Assembly: GCA_951406725.2 (NCBI GenBank)
Contig: OX597814.1
Coordinates: forward strand, 106,888,001-106,952,000
Source: Octopus vulgaris
Lineage: Eukaryota
DNA length: 64,000 nt
Direction of reading: 5' to 3'
Shown here: in pieces, positions 38,408 to 51,689 of the stretch
Layout: each line of letters starts with the position of its first letter
Position numbering within the stretch: position 1 is the stretch's first letter
Notes under the pieces: model-generated
Told to the model about the DNA's origin: nothing
Database searches by the model: none
Seen by the model: only the letters and a program-made list of their open reading frames with translations
Program-made: the position numbers and the translations under genes

Positions 38408-40749
38408 CTGAATTAGAAGAAATAAGAGAATGTATACATTAATTCTAAGATTTGGTTTCTTGAAAAGAAGGCGGGGGATAGAAAATTCATATGCTCCCCC
38501 TCCCCAAGGAAATCAATTTTCATTACTTGATCTCAAATTTACAGTGGTTATGGTAAGACAGATGTATATTAGTGGTAAAATTAGCAGTGCTCCAGCATGG
38601 CCGCAGTCAAATGACTGAAACAAGTAAAACAATAAAAGAGAGAGTAACTGAAGTTCACAACAATGGCAACATCACCATCTTTTCATGCTGACATCCATGT
38701 TGAACATAGCGGAATATTAGTAACTATGGTAACATCATCGTCATCATTTAACATCCATGTCTGATGCTGGCATGGGTTGGAGGGTTTGACAAGCACTGCA
38801 TCGTAGTCCAATGTCTGCTTTGGCATGTTTTCTAAAGCTGGATGCCTTTCCTAATGCCCACCACATTACGAAATATGTATTGGGTGCTTTTTTCATGGCA
38901 CCAGCACTAGTGAGGTTGTCAAGTAATTTGCAAGGCAGAAAAGAATTAGAAAAAGAAAAGAACCCCATCACTGAGAGAGTAGGGTGTTTGGGAAAGGTGT
39001 TGAAAAGCTAAAGTATGAAGGAGGGACATGAACGGGAGTCAGAAGATACATGACTACCCCATATTACATAAGGGTGGATGGCAGTAGCAGGGAAGAAGAT
39101 AAAGATGATAGTAATAGAGTGCCACCAGAGCAAACCCTTAAGGTACAAGAAGGTGAGCATAAGAAAGGATACAGACAGTTGGTGATGGGAAGGGAGGAGA
39201 GAGTGGATGCTATCATGAGAGTGTAGGGGGAGAGTAACAGATGGTTAAAGATGAAGGTAAAGGTGAATGTAGGGGGTGGTGAACAAGGGTGAAAGGTGGC
39301 TGATGAGAAATATCAGTAGGGAGAGGAGGTAGGGTAAGAGATAGAAATGGCTCAGGAAGGAGGATAGACCAAAGGGTGGGGGGATGATGTGTAGGATGTG
39401 GGAGTGGCAGAGAGAGAGAGAGACAGAGACACATGTAAAGGTACATAAGACTGACTATGGTGAGTAGAGTGTGGTGGGAGATACAAGAAGGCATAAAAAA
39501 GGTGGCGAGCTGGCAGAAACGTTAGCACGCCGGGCGAAATGCTTAGCAGTATTTTGTCTGCCGTTACATTCTGAGTTCAAATTCCGCCGGGGTCTTCTCT
39601 GCCTTTCATCCTTTTGGGATCGATAAATTAAGTACCAGTTACGCACTGTGGTCGATGTAATCGACTTAATCCGTTTGTCTGTCCTTGTTTGTCCCCTCTA
39701 TGTTTAGCCCCTTGTGGGCAGTAAAGAAATAAGATATAAGAAGGCACTGGGAATGACAGTGGATATGCAAGGGGTTCAGACTGAGGATGGTAGAGGAGAG
39801 AGAGAGAGATAACTGAAGGGATAGAGAGGAAGAGAATGATGAAAATAGTGTGATATGGAAGTGGTTTCAAAGGGGGTGGAGAGGAGGTAACTGGTTGTAC
39901 ATAGAAGCCAATTCTGCTCTCAAGTGATTACAGCCGGCCAAGCAGAGCTTTAGATTGAGGGAGTTCTGGGTTTCAGGGGAATGAGATCTGGGGAGTGCTT
40001 GACTAGGTAGAATGAGTGTGCAGGGCAGGGCCCAGGATGCACAAGAATAAACAAAATGCTTTTAGGGTCTTGTTTTTGTTGTGATGGGTGGGTCTTCTCA
40101 AGCATAGCGAATTACCAATTATCTCAGTCCATTGTCATCTCCATCAAACTCAGCCTCTTGAGATCAACATTCACTACTTTGTCCCATGTCTTCCTGGCTG
40201 TCCCTCGTCCATAAGTCACATCCATTTTTAAGCAACTGGAACTTCTTCATGCAGCTATCATCCATACACACTGAGTCAAGTAAAATCAAAAATGGAAATT
40301 GTAGTTGTGACCAATGCCAGTGCCACCTGACTGGCTCTTGTGCTGGTGGCATGCAATAAGCACCATTCATGCATGGGGTCATTGCCAGTGCTGCCTGACT
40401 GGCTCCCTGTGCAGGTGGCATATAAAAAGCACCATCCAAACGTGGTCAATGCCAGCCCCCGCCCTGACTGGCTCCTGTACCTGTAGCACATAAAAAGCAC
40501 CATCTGAACGTAGCCGATGCCGGTCCCGCCTGATTGGCACCCGTGCTGGTAGCATGTAAAAAGCACCCACTACACTCACAGAGTTGTTGGCGTTAGGAAG
40601 GGCATCCAGCTGTAGAAACATTGCCAGATCAGATTAGAGCCTGGTGCGGCCTCCTGGTTTGCCAGTCCCCAGTCAAACCGTCCAACCCATGCCAGCATAG
40701 AAAACAGACGTTAAACGATGATCATCATCATCATCACTTGACTATACCA

Positions 40750-41605
40750 ACACAGTCTTCTCTTCTGCACCCTACATCTGATCCTTTTTATGCCCAGTTC
40801 TTCCTCTCAATACATTAGCACCTTGTCATACACACACACAGATATTACACATCCAGCAAAGCCTATTAACTAGTTCCATTCCTCTCTAGTCCTCACTTGT
40901 CCTCTGCATTCATAGCTCATATCTTACTACCATGTGGCACTGTTCTTCATATGCAAGCATAGTACACTTTACTTTTCACTTAGAGAGAGACAGAGAGAAA
41001 CCTTTTGTTGCCAATTGCTCCTTGAACTTTCTTCATACTATTTTTCATTCTAGTAACAATACTTCCAGAAAATCTTCCTCCACTGCTAATTGGTCATCTA
41101 GGCAACAGAGACTATCTACTTCCTCTACAGACCCTCCAACATATTCAACAAAACCTATTTCCTGTGTGTCCTTAACATTTATTGCTCCTACACATCTTCC
41201 ACACACAAACACTGCTTTCCCCATTAACCTTCTTGTGTTGTGATTTGTTCAATGCACCTCTTATGTCCATAGCTTGCACTGGATACACATGAAATTCATG
41301 CCTACACCTTTCCTACATGACAAGCAGAACCATTTACATGAAGGCAGTGGAATTTTGTCTGCTTTTCTGCTTACCAGAACTTTGGTCTTTGCTATGTTAA
41401 CTTTAAGGCTCTTTAATTCCAGGTCTTGCTTCCACATCTGGTGATTCTTCTCTAATTCTACCACAGATTCCACAATGGGAATGAGGTCACCGGTCTATAG
41501 TAGTTTCCAAAGGCAGCCAGTCTTAAATTCCTCTATTATGGTCTGGAGGACAATGATTAATAGGAGTCTAAGAATGAAGCCCTGGTGAACTCCTGCCTGT
41601 ACTCA
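40750..41605 (-). mobile_element. RTE LINE 3' fragment
   Basis: LELKSLKVNIAKTKVL..CLSCRKGVG..CKLW homologous to 51762-52334. Confidence 0.75.
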
Positions 41606-41866
41606 TGGTTGTTACCTTACTGAATCTACTCCCTGTACAGCTTCCACAAGCTAGTTTTCTTTTCCTAGCTTCCTCAGAGATTACCAAATCACAGAGCGCA
41701 TTTTGGGTACCTTCAGTAGACCTCACTCTGTGGCAAGTATCAGGGCCAGGTGACCAGTTTGAAGATAACTTCCTCCTCCTACCAGTCCCAGAAATGCTGT
41801 AAAGGGTCATAGGAACAGCCTTCCCTACTGACTAAAATATTAAAAGCAAGACAAAAAAATATTCAT

Positions 41867-42086
41867 AGTAAAGATTGTTTGCCAACATAACATGGCAGTC
41901 CTGGTTTAGGATGAATGTTGCTGTAATTTAGCCCCAGGAGACATGCTAGATTCCCTTGTTCGAGAATATAAGGACACAGATCGTGTCGTATAGCCAGCTG
42001 GAGACAATGTCTCCTGGGGCTAAATTACAGCAACATTAGTCCTAAACCAGGGCAGCCATGTTATGTTGGCAAACAATCTTTACTAC
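41867..42086. mobile_element. palindromic MITE
   Basis: ~78-bp TIRs AGTAAAGATTGTTTGCCAACATAAC. Confidence 0.75.
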
Positions 42087-42230
42087 AAAGTACTGTTGCT
42101 GAAAATATTTCACGTTGTGAGATTTAAAAATAGTAATTTTCTACAAAAATATTCTAAATATCTTTTAGTCATTAAATACTAAACTGGAACAAGAGCTTCA
42201 AAAAAAACAAAAAAAAGGAAGTGAATGTAC

Positions 42231-42336
42231 CCGATAGATTTTTGCCTTGATAAACCAACTTTTGTTGTCCGACAGGTATATCCATCTGTACAGCTATCAA
42301 CTCTTTCAGTTTCTGTATGGAGTCTGAGGGAGAAAT
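42231..42336 (-). CDS. UBL4A: UBL4A coding exon 2 (ISPSDSIQKLKELIAVQMDIPVGQQKLVYQGKNLS)
   Basis: TTTCAG acceptor, GT donor, 106 nt, phase 0->1; ubiquitin-fold motif QQKLVYQGK. Confidence 0.92.
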
Positions 42337-45300
42337 CTGAAATAAGATACAAACAAAAATTACAAAAATAATGTCTCAATAATAAGTATTCCTCTAACTG
42401 ATGCTGGCATGGAAAACAGATGCACATGAAAGAAATGGAAAAAAAAAAACTGTAGGGAATACATACCATATTTGCTAGCATAAATAAGACACACCCCTAT
42501 TTTACAAGGATATTTCATGGAGAAAATGTAGTAGGTTTCATCAGAAACTTACTGAATGATATTTTAACCCTTTTATTACCATATTTCTGTTGAGATTCTC
42601 TGTGTTTCTTTCAATTAATTTTATATATAACAAAGAATTTAGTAAAATAACTTAGTTATCATTAAGCTAGTGTTAGGAACATTAATTGTGACTAAGGTTT
42701 GGAGAAAGATTTTAATTCAGATCTTTTGAAAACAAGACATTTGTACTACAGATCCAGAATCAATTTCAGCCGGGTTGGTAACAAAAGGGCTAAAGTGGTT
42801 TTGAAGGGAACAATGTAAGATGATCTAAATACTTTATTCTGACAGAATACTTGAAAAAAACACGAAACCATAAATTGATCTTAAATAAATTCTGATAAGA
42901 AAGTACTGTAGTTCAATTTCATTTCCTTTCAGTTCACCTGTGTGGTTGTTTTATGTTTTGGTAAAGAGAACTGCCATACAAGATCTGATGGTTTTATGTA
43001 ACCAGGCACCAAGTTGGTGCACCACTTCTATGATTTTGTTGTCATTTGGTCATTGTAAATAGCTGACGGGTACCACATGGAAAGTACCCAGTACACTTTG
43101 TAAAGCGGTTGGCATTAGGAAGGGCATCCAGTTGTAAAAACCATACCAAAACAGACAGATGGAGGCTGGTGCAGTTCCTAACCATCCAACCCAGCATGGA
43201 AAATGGTCGTTGATGGTGATGATTCACCTTTCTTGGAGAATTTTTAATTTAGATTACTAAGAAAATGTTTCTTAAAGATAACACAGCCTGTAAATAATGT
43301 AAGACATATTTCGGGTACATGTTATGTATCCTGGAGAAGAAGGTATAAGAAAATTATGTATCTTGCCAACATAACTGCCAAAGTACTGTAAGCAACGTTT
43401 TGTAAGTTTATGCCAAGAGATTGCAATATTTTGACTAGTTTCCAATATTTTATTCTTAGTAACAATTATTTTATCCACTGGACTTATGCTTATCCGGCTC
43501 CCTAACCTATGGCACTCAGTTTCCCATCCATAATATGGCTATATTAAATGCTGGGCAATTTTGGGATAGATTTAAAATTAAAAGAAGCATATTATATCTT
43601 GCTGGTAAATACAGATTGTAAAATTAAGTCAACATTATTATTTAATGTCCCATCTTCCATGTTGGCATGGATTGGAGTTGTTTGAGAAGAGCTGGTAAGC
43701 CTGAGAACTGCACCAAGTACCACTGTCTACTTTGACATGGTTTCTATGGCTGGATGCTCTTCCTAACACCAACGACTTTACAGAACATACCGGGTGCTTT
43801 TTACATGGCACCAGCACTAATGAGATCATCAAGTACCTACAAGGCAAAGAAAGATCCCTCAACCAAAAGGAAGAGTGGTATTGAAGGAGGTAGCTTTGTG
43901 CCAGGTGATGAGAGGTTTGGCTGTAAAAACCTTACTAAACCTGACCTCACCTGTGCTTGTGTCACGTAAAAAGCACTAAGTCCACTCTGCTGAGTGGTTG
44001 GTGTTAGGAAGGGCATCCAGCTGTAAAAATCCTGCCAAAACAGTCACAGAAGTCTGGTGTAGGCTTCTGCCTGGTCGGCTCTTGTCAAACCATCCCACCC
44101 ACACCAGCATGGAAGGTGGACATTAAAGAATGATGAACAATGACAGTTTTAATTATATGTTTTGCAGAAAGCAACCAGCTACAAGATGACAAGAACAAGT
44201 ATTTTCACTGTGATATAATCATAAGCTGGTATCTCTTTTCCAGTTAGGCTGGCTTACGTGACAGCAGAGAAGATCACAGCTGAGGTCAATGTCATCATCA
44301 TCCTTTAACGTCCATTTTTCTCTGCTGGCATGGGTTGGACAGTTTGACAGGAGCTGGTAAGGCCAAGGGCTGCACCAGGCTGCATTTGTCTGTTTTGGCA
44401 TGGTTTCTACAGCTGGACACCCTTCCTAACACCAACCACTTTACAGAGTGTACTGGGTGCTTTTTATGTGACACCCTCATCAGTGCTTTTTACATGGCAC
44501 CCACACTAACAGGATCACCAAATACCTTGAAAGACAAGAACCTCTTACCTGAGAATGGGCAGTAGTATTGAGGGGGGGGGGGTGCTAGTGAAAGATGTAA
44601 AATACAGGTGTCTAGCCAAAAGTGTAACATCATTTATAATTACTAATCTATTGTGATTCCAACAAAGTTGTAGACACACTTGTGGAATGACCAAACAAAT
44701 CTAATTCCAATGTAAAACCCTGAATGTTTTAACTGACCAAAATGCCACTCAACTGCATACATTTTAACATCCACTTTTCCATGCTTGCATGGGTTGGATG
44801 GACGTCACTGAAGTAGAATGCTTATGTCTGGATGCCCTTCCTGTCACCAACTTTCACCTGTTTCCAAGATAATATTTCTCCACAGTTGGACATGTTTCCA
44901 CGTAAGATTGCAGAACACCACTTGTTTGATGGTGATACTCATTTACAATCATCACATGATCTCAAGGCAAGTGGGATGGGGGACACACACACAAATATCA
45001 TCATTCACTTCTCCATGATTGCATTGTTTTGGACCGAGCTAACTGGGGTTTCTACAACCAGAAGCTTTCCTGTTGCAAACCCTCACCAGGTTCCAAGCAA
45101 GATATTTTCCCACCGTGACCAGACACGTTTTCACTGAATACTGGAAATAAATGACATTGTTGTATCACATGATTTCAAGACAAGGGGACACACACATGCA
45201 CACATACATATCAGCACCATTTAATGTCCATTTTCCATGCTGGCATGGGTTGGATGATTTGACAGGAGCTGGCAAGGCCGGAGGGCTACACCAGGCTCCA

Positions 45301-47194
45301 ATCCTGTTTTGACATGGTTTCAATGGCTGGATGCCCTTCCTAATGCCAACTACTTTACAGAATGTATTGAGTGGCACACACACACACATATACACAAAAC
45401 ACTCTTCTTTCAGTTTCTGTCTACCAAATCCACTCACAAGGCTTTGGTTGACCTAGGACTATAATAGAAGACACTTGCCCAAGGTGCTACACAGTGGGAC
45501 TGAACCTGAGACCACATGTTTCATCATCATCATCATCGTTTAACGTCCGTTTTCCATGGTAGCATGGGTTGGACGGTTCGACCGGGGTCTGGGAAGCCAG
45601 AGGCTGCACCAGGCTCCAGTCTGATCTGGCAGTGTTTCTACAGCTGGATGCCCTTCCTAACGTCAACCACTCCGTGAGTGTAGTAGGTGCTTTTTACGTG
45701 CCACCGGCACAGGTGTCAAGGAAGGCTGGCAGCGGCCATGATTGGTTTTATGTGCCACCGGCACAGAAGCCAGTCAAGGCAGCACTGGCATCGGCCACGT
45801 TCAGATGGCGCTTTTTACATGCCACCAGCACAGGTATCACAACTACAATTTCCATTTGATATTATTTTGATGTTTGGAAAGCAAAAATCCGGTTTGATTC
45901 ATAAATCTATCCAACAGCGAGGATCTTACAACAGTAAATATTCATCAGTGATAATATGTCAACCAGAAATGTTGGCACCCATGCTGGTGGTACATAAAAA
46001 GCACCATTTAAGCATGGTCATTGCCAGTGCCGCCTGACTGGCGCCCATACTGGTAGCATGTAAAAAGCACTATTCGAGTATGGTCGATGCTAGTACTACC
46101 TGACTGGCCCTCATGCCAGTGGCACGTAAAAAGCACCCACTACGCTCTTGGAGTGGTTGGCATTAGGGAGGGCATCCAGCTGTAGAAACATTGCCAGGTC
46201 AGTCTGGAACCTGGTGCAGCCTCCTGGCTTGTCAGTCCTCAGTCAAAACTGTCCAGCCCATGCCAGCATGGAAAGCAGACGTTAAACGACGACGATGATG
46301 ATGTTCTGGTACTAAACATGTGTAGCTGAGTCTAGTCTGACTTGGCCATTTATAAAGCCATCTCTTACTCATGCATTGTGTATCTAGGACTACATTATTC
46401 AATGTAGACCTTGATAATTAAAAAATAGGAGGATGTATGAATCGTGGGAGATATTTTAGTGCAGATGGAGGGGCCATGTAGAGCAACAACAGATTTATAA
46501 AAGTGGTTCTGAATCTTTTTTTTTTTACCTCTGGACCCCGAGGACCCTCAGAGCCATCTGGTGTTTTTTCAACTGCCATTATGTTTGTGTTACTAATTAT
46601 TATTAAGAGTTGTACAAAAATTGTTAAAATATTTTATGTTTTGTAACCGATTTATCGCATGTACATTTTAGCAACAAAATCTTGTAAGGATCCCCGAGGG
46701 TCAGAGGGAGCCCCTTGAGAACTTATTGGTTTATAAGATGGGTTGGTTAGTGCAAAAAGGACCAGTGAGGCTGAAGGTGGAGATGAAGAAGTAACACCAG
46801 GGACGACAAGATGAAAGGTGGGACTAATAATTACAAACGACCAACTTAATAATATAAGGGGATTCACGCCCATGCTGTAGCAATGATAACAGGGGTATCA
46901 ATTGTCTCCCTTTAAATAGGTATGTTTACTAAATAGTGAATAACTGTGATGTTACCACCTGACCCAGGTGTCAGAGAAGATGTAGAGTTTAAACAAAGAG
47001 ATGCTAATGAATTAGTTGACGTTCTGAATAAGAATGTGTCGACAACGGGCAAGTTAGCAAATTTAAAAATGGAAAATTCAGTGAGTGTGTATAAGCGAAG
47101 TTGACGTCAGGAGAAGACGAACTGAAAAATAAACGGATCATCGTGTATGTGTGCACGTGAGTGTTTGTATGTATGTGTGTGTGTATATATATGG

Positions 47195-47415
47195 TACTAC
47201 TTGAAAAGTGGTCCCGGTGCGCGCACTCGCATAGTCGCGCATCCGCGCTAGCTAGTCGTGACTAGTCGATCCTACGACTACCTAGCAAAGTAAATAAAAC
47301 ACAAAATATTTTTTTTACACAAAGTAAATAACACACAAAAACACAAAGTAAGGATCGACTAGTCATGACTAGCTAGCGCGAGTGCGCGCACCGGGACCAC
47401 TGTTCTCAAGTAGTA
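47195..47415. mobile_element. palindromic MITE
   Basis: TACTACTTGA..GTGGTCCCGGTGCGCGCACTCGC inverted at both ends. Confidence 0.7.
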
Positions 47416-47424
47416 TCTATATAT

Positions 47425-47469
<45 letters not shown>

Positions 47470-47577
47470 TACAAACACGCGGAAAGAAAATTGGAGAGAG
47501 ATAGAGGTTGAGGCTTTACACTATTGTGTGTGTGTGTGTGAGTATTGTGGTAAATAAAAACATGAGTTTCGGTTATA

Positions 47578-47856
47578 GTAGCACAGATTTCCGTCGATTT
47601 CCGTAAAAAACTTTTATTTTTTTACATAAGTAATGAGAGCGAAAGAGACTAAGAGGAAGCGATTTTACGACGAGGTTTCACTTTGAAGTCGGCCTGTGTG
47701 TGTTTGATGGGGTGTGGGAGACAGAGAGTATGTTGTGTGAGTGAAGTGCTTCTGTTAGTGTGTGCGAAGAGACAGACATACATATACACATACACCGAGT
47801 ACATACATACATACATACACACACACACATACATACATACATACATACACACACAC

Positions 47857-47887
<31 letters not shown>

Positions 47888-48312
47888 TAGATACATACAC
47901 ACACACACATACATGCAGACATACATATACACATACACCGAGTAAAAAATTACGATGAATCGGCCATACATACATACATACACACACACATACTTACACA
48001 CACACACATACATAGATACATGCATACATACATATACACATACATGCATACATACATATACACATACACCGAATAAAAAATCAGTTATCACTCTTTCACA
48101 CATTACTCTCTCTGTCTCTTCACACACACTAACAGAAGCACTTCACTTACACAACATACTGTCTGTCTCCCACACCCCATCAAACACACACAGGCCGATT
48201 TCAAAGTGAAACCTTCTCGTCATAAAATCGCTTCCTCTTAGTCTCTTTCGCTCTCATTACTTATGTAAAAAAATAAAAGTTTTTTACGGAAATCGACGGA
48301 AATCTGCGCTAC
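47578..48312. mobile_element. foldback element with ~195-bp TIRs around (CATA/CA)n
   Basis: 47578-47775 is the reverse complement of ~48113-48312. Confidence 0.75.
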
Positions 48313-49140
48313 GACATGCGAAACTTCGCCAAAACATGTAATAAACACACAAGCAGATATCGATAACTTTCCTGTTGCCTGCAACAAAAATTTAATATTT
48401 ACGAAAGGATTAGTAAACAAACTACTACACTGGTGTGACGGGTGGAATAGTCCTAAAAATCAAATAAATATACACCTAGGTTCAACAAAACACCATATTT
48501 CGCTACATACGTATATGAGAGAGATGAGTGTACAAAATCTGATGTTTGTTGTAAATATTAAATAGTTGATTCATTCGGTTCGTTTTATGGAAACTTTAGT
48601 TAAGGGTGGAAGGATGGAGAATATTAAAACAAGTCATTAGAATGACTATTCCAAGTTGAAAAATAAATCGCTTCGATCTGTTGAAAGATATTCAAAATCG
48701 AAAAATTACATTGTTACCAATAATTAATGGGTGTGTATATCGTGTATACACACAGCACACACATTAGATATATATATATATGTATGTATATATATAATAC
48801 TGCGGGGTTTCGTTTTTTAACAACAAACTTAGATTTTAGTCAGTGAAATTCTCACAGAATTAATCATTTGGACGTGAAACGAAAATATTTTATTATGTAA
48901 ATAGTTTTGAGAAAATTTACAGTAAAAGAAAGTGAATTTATCAGGATGTCAGTATGTGGATGCGTGTTGTGAATTTATCTGTGTTTTAAAATTCAACAAT
49001 GTCATAAGTTACGACTGTTAAAAGAAACATATTTGATTATATTCATAAATACTTTTATATACATAAATACTTATATACATAGATATGAATAAAAGAGAGA
49101 GACAGAGAGAGAGAGATGTAAAACAAAGAAATATATTTAC

Positions 49141-49188
49141 CTTCACTGTACATTCTCGACCTTTCAATATTTTAACATTGATATTCAT
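49141..49188 (-). CDS. UBL4A: UBL4A coding exon 1 (MNINVKILKGRECTVK)
   Basis: ATG at 49188, GTAAAT donor after 49141; peptide matches the UBL4A/Get5 ubiquitin-like N-terminus (human MQLTVKALQGRECSLQ). Confidence 0.9.
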
Positions 49189-49346
49189 GGTTTATATATT
49201 ATATTTATATTATTATGTCTATATAATATATATTATATTATATTTATATATATTTGTATATTTATATTTAATAGCAAAGACTTGGTTGTTTTGTGGACAG
49301 AACGAGATTTGAGAATATCAAATCAAAGTAAAGCCAAAGAGTTCAG

Positions 49347-49349
49347 ATG
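49347..49349 (+). CDS. candidate ATG-only first exon of a gene divergent from UBL4A
   Basis: CAGATG|GTGAGT, consensus donor directly after ATG, ~160 bp from the UBL4A ATG. Confidence 0.35.
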
Positions 49350-49797
49350 GTGAGTCGGTTGTTCCTGTCACGGAACAGAAACCCTGTTGTCCTGCTGTTT
49401 TAATTGATGCCGTTTCCCAATTAAAACATTTCGTTTCACAAATTTCATCAAAAAAGAAACAAAATTTCTTTAAAATTTCTAAAACCGGAAATGATTTCGG
49501 GAAGAACTCACCACCTCTTTGACATCCGAGAGCGTCATTTAGCAAAGGGGAATAATCGAAATTCTTTCACCAAGTCTTAACTTATTCTAATTTATCTGCC
49601 ATTTAATTATCTTGGGATTTTGTTCATCCTTTCTGATGTTTTAATTACCTGCTGTATTGTATTATTCAATATCATCTTTGGACGCCTATGTTTCAGATTA
49701 CAACTTCGACATCACCTTCCGTTTACCATAAGACTTATTCCAAGACATTGTTTGCTCAACATTGGCCAATCTATTTTCATTATTGGTCCACATCAAC

Positions 49798-50870
49798 AAG
49801 GCGGCGACGCCGGAGCAAATGTTTTGCGGCGTTTCGTCCGTCTTTACGTTCCAATTTCAGATTTCGCCAGGGTCGATGAAACAAGTACCAGTTGAACACT
49901 GGTGCCAATATAATTGACCTCTGCCCTTCCTGGCTGACCTTGTGCCAAAACCATTAATATGTTATGGCGGCGAACTGGCAAAACCTTTAGTATGCAGGAT
50001 AAAATGCTTAGTGGCATTTCGCCCACCTTTACATTCTGAGTTCAAATTCCACCAAAATCGACTTTGATCATCCTCTCAAGGTCGATAAATCAAGTACAGT
50101 CAAGCACTGGGGTTGATGTAATCAACTTGTCCCTCTCTCCACATATTAGATCCTGTGCCTACAAGAGAAAATTAGTAGTAGTAATAGTAGTAAAGGTGAC
50201 ATATAAGAGAAAGAATTATTTTTATTATTATATAAGGCGGCGAGCTGTTTGAATCATTTGCATGCTGGACGAAATGCTTAGAGGTATTGCACCCCTTGCT
50301 ATGTTCTGAGTTTAAATTCCACCCAGGTCGACTTTGCCTTTCATCATTTTGGGATCGATAAATTAAGTACCAGTGAAATATTGAGGGTTGATGTAATCAA
50401 CTAGTCCCTTCCCCAAGATTTCAGGCCATGCGCTTATAGTAGAAAAGATTATTATTATTATTAAGGTGGTAAGCTGGCAGAATCGTTAGTGTGCTGGATG
50501 AAATGCTTACCAGTATTTTGCCTGCCGCTACATTCTGAGTTCAAATTCCGCTGAGGTCGACTTTGCCTTTCATCCTTCCAGGGTTGATAAATTAAGTACC
50601 ATCTACCCTTGTGCCAAAATTTGAAACCATTATTAGTAGTAGTATTATAGCAGTAAATGTGGCAAGCTGGCAGAATCGTTAGCACCCCAGGTAAAATGCT
50701 GAGCAGCACCTGTCTTTATGCTCTGAGTTCAAATCCTGCTAAGGTTGATTTTGCCTTTCATACATTGAGGGTCAATAAAATATATATTATTTGTACAGTG
50801 GTATCAAAGTAATCACCTGATCCGCTCCACTGAATTTGCTGACCTTCTGCCAAAATTTGAAACCATTATT
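49798..50870 (+). mobile_element. cluster of ~5 tandem tRNA-SINEs (same head, (ATT)n-type tails)
   Basis: repeated GGCGGCGAGCTGGCAGAA..GAGTTCAAATTCC..TTTGCCTTTCATCC; related copies at ~24045, ~58264 and ~60725(-). Confidence 0.8.
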
Positions 50871-50939
50871 TAGATTACTCTTTTGACTCGGGCTTTGTCG
50901 GAACTCCATTGCTAGGTTTGCTACCTGCAGCCTAGGGTA

Positions 50940-51600
50940 TCATGTTATTCATTCTCTTCAACTGTCTAATGCTCTCTTGGTGATTCTGGCTGTGCCAAGG
51001 AGGGAAACCTTTTGCAACAGCTCAACTGAGCATTCTATTCCCGCTTCCTTTACATTCTTCTTCATACCTTCCCCCAAGCACCTGACAATAATTGGCACCA
51101 TCTTCATTCCCCACATCCAAACCATCTTGTAATTAAGAGGATTGTATATGTCTATTTTTTCACCTTCCCTCTTAACTATTTGTGGGTCAAATGAGCATGC
51201 AACATCAATTATAGAGCACATGTAATTTACCTAATGCACTATTATTATTATTATCAGCATCAGCATCATCATCATCATTATTATTATTATCATTATTATT
51301 GCCATTGCACAGCCTCTAACGCTGGAGATGTACTATGGTGTCAGCTGTTCACTACCAGTGAACTAAGGTGACACCTCTTATTTTTTTAACACCTTCCGGT
51401 GTATTCGAGCAGTTCCAAGCAGTGCTGTTTTCTGCAAGTGCTTCACCCTTATTGCAACCCCAATTTGTTCCACGTACTTCTTGAGATTTTTGCTCACTCT
51501 TCCCAGGGCTCCGACAATTATTGGTACTACTACCACCTTTTTCATCAGCCACAGCTGCTTAACCTCTCAAGCTAACCTGTCATATCTCTGATCCAGCATA
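50940..51600 (-). mobile_element. two 3' fragments of RLE-type (R4/Dong-like) non-LTR elements amid (TAA)n
   Basis: IIDVAC...VPIIV..LG...LLQKVSLLGTARI C-terminal motif. Confidence 0.65.
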
Positions 51601-51689
51601 TTATTATTATTATTATTATTATTAAGCTATTACTTACTAATTTAATTAGCAGGTATGTTATCATGAGGTCTGGTGACAATATGTCCCCT

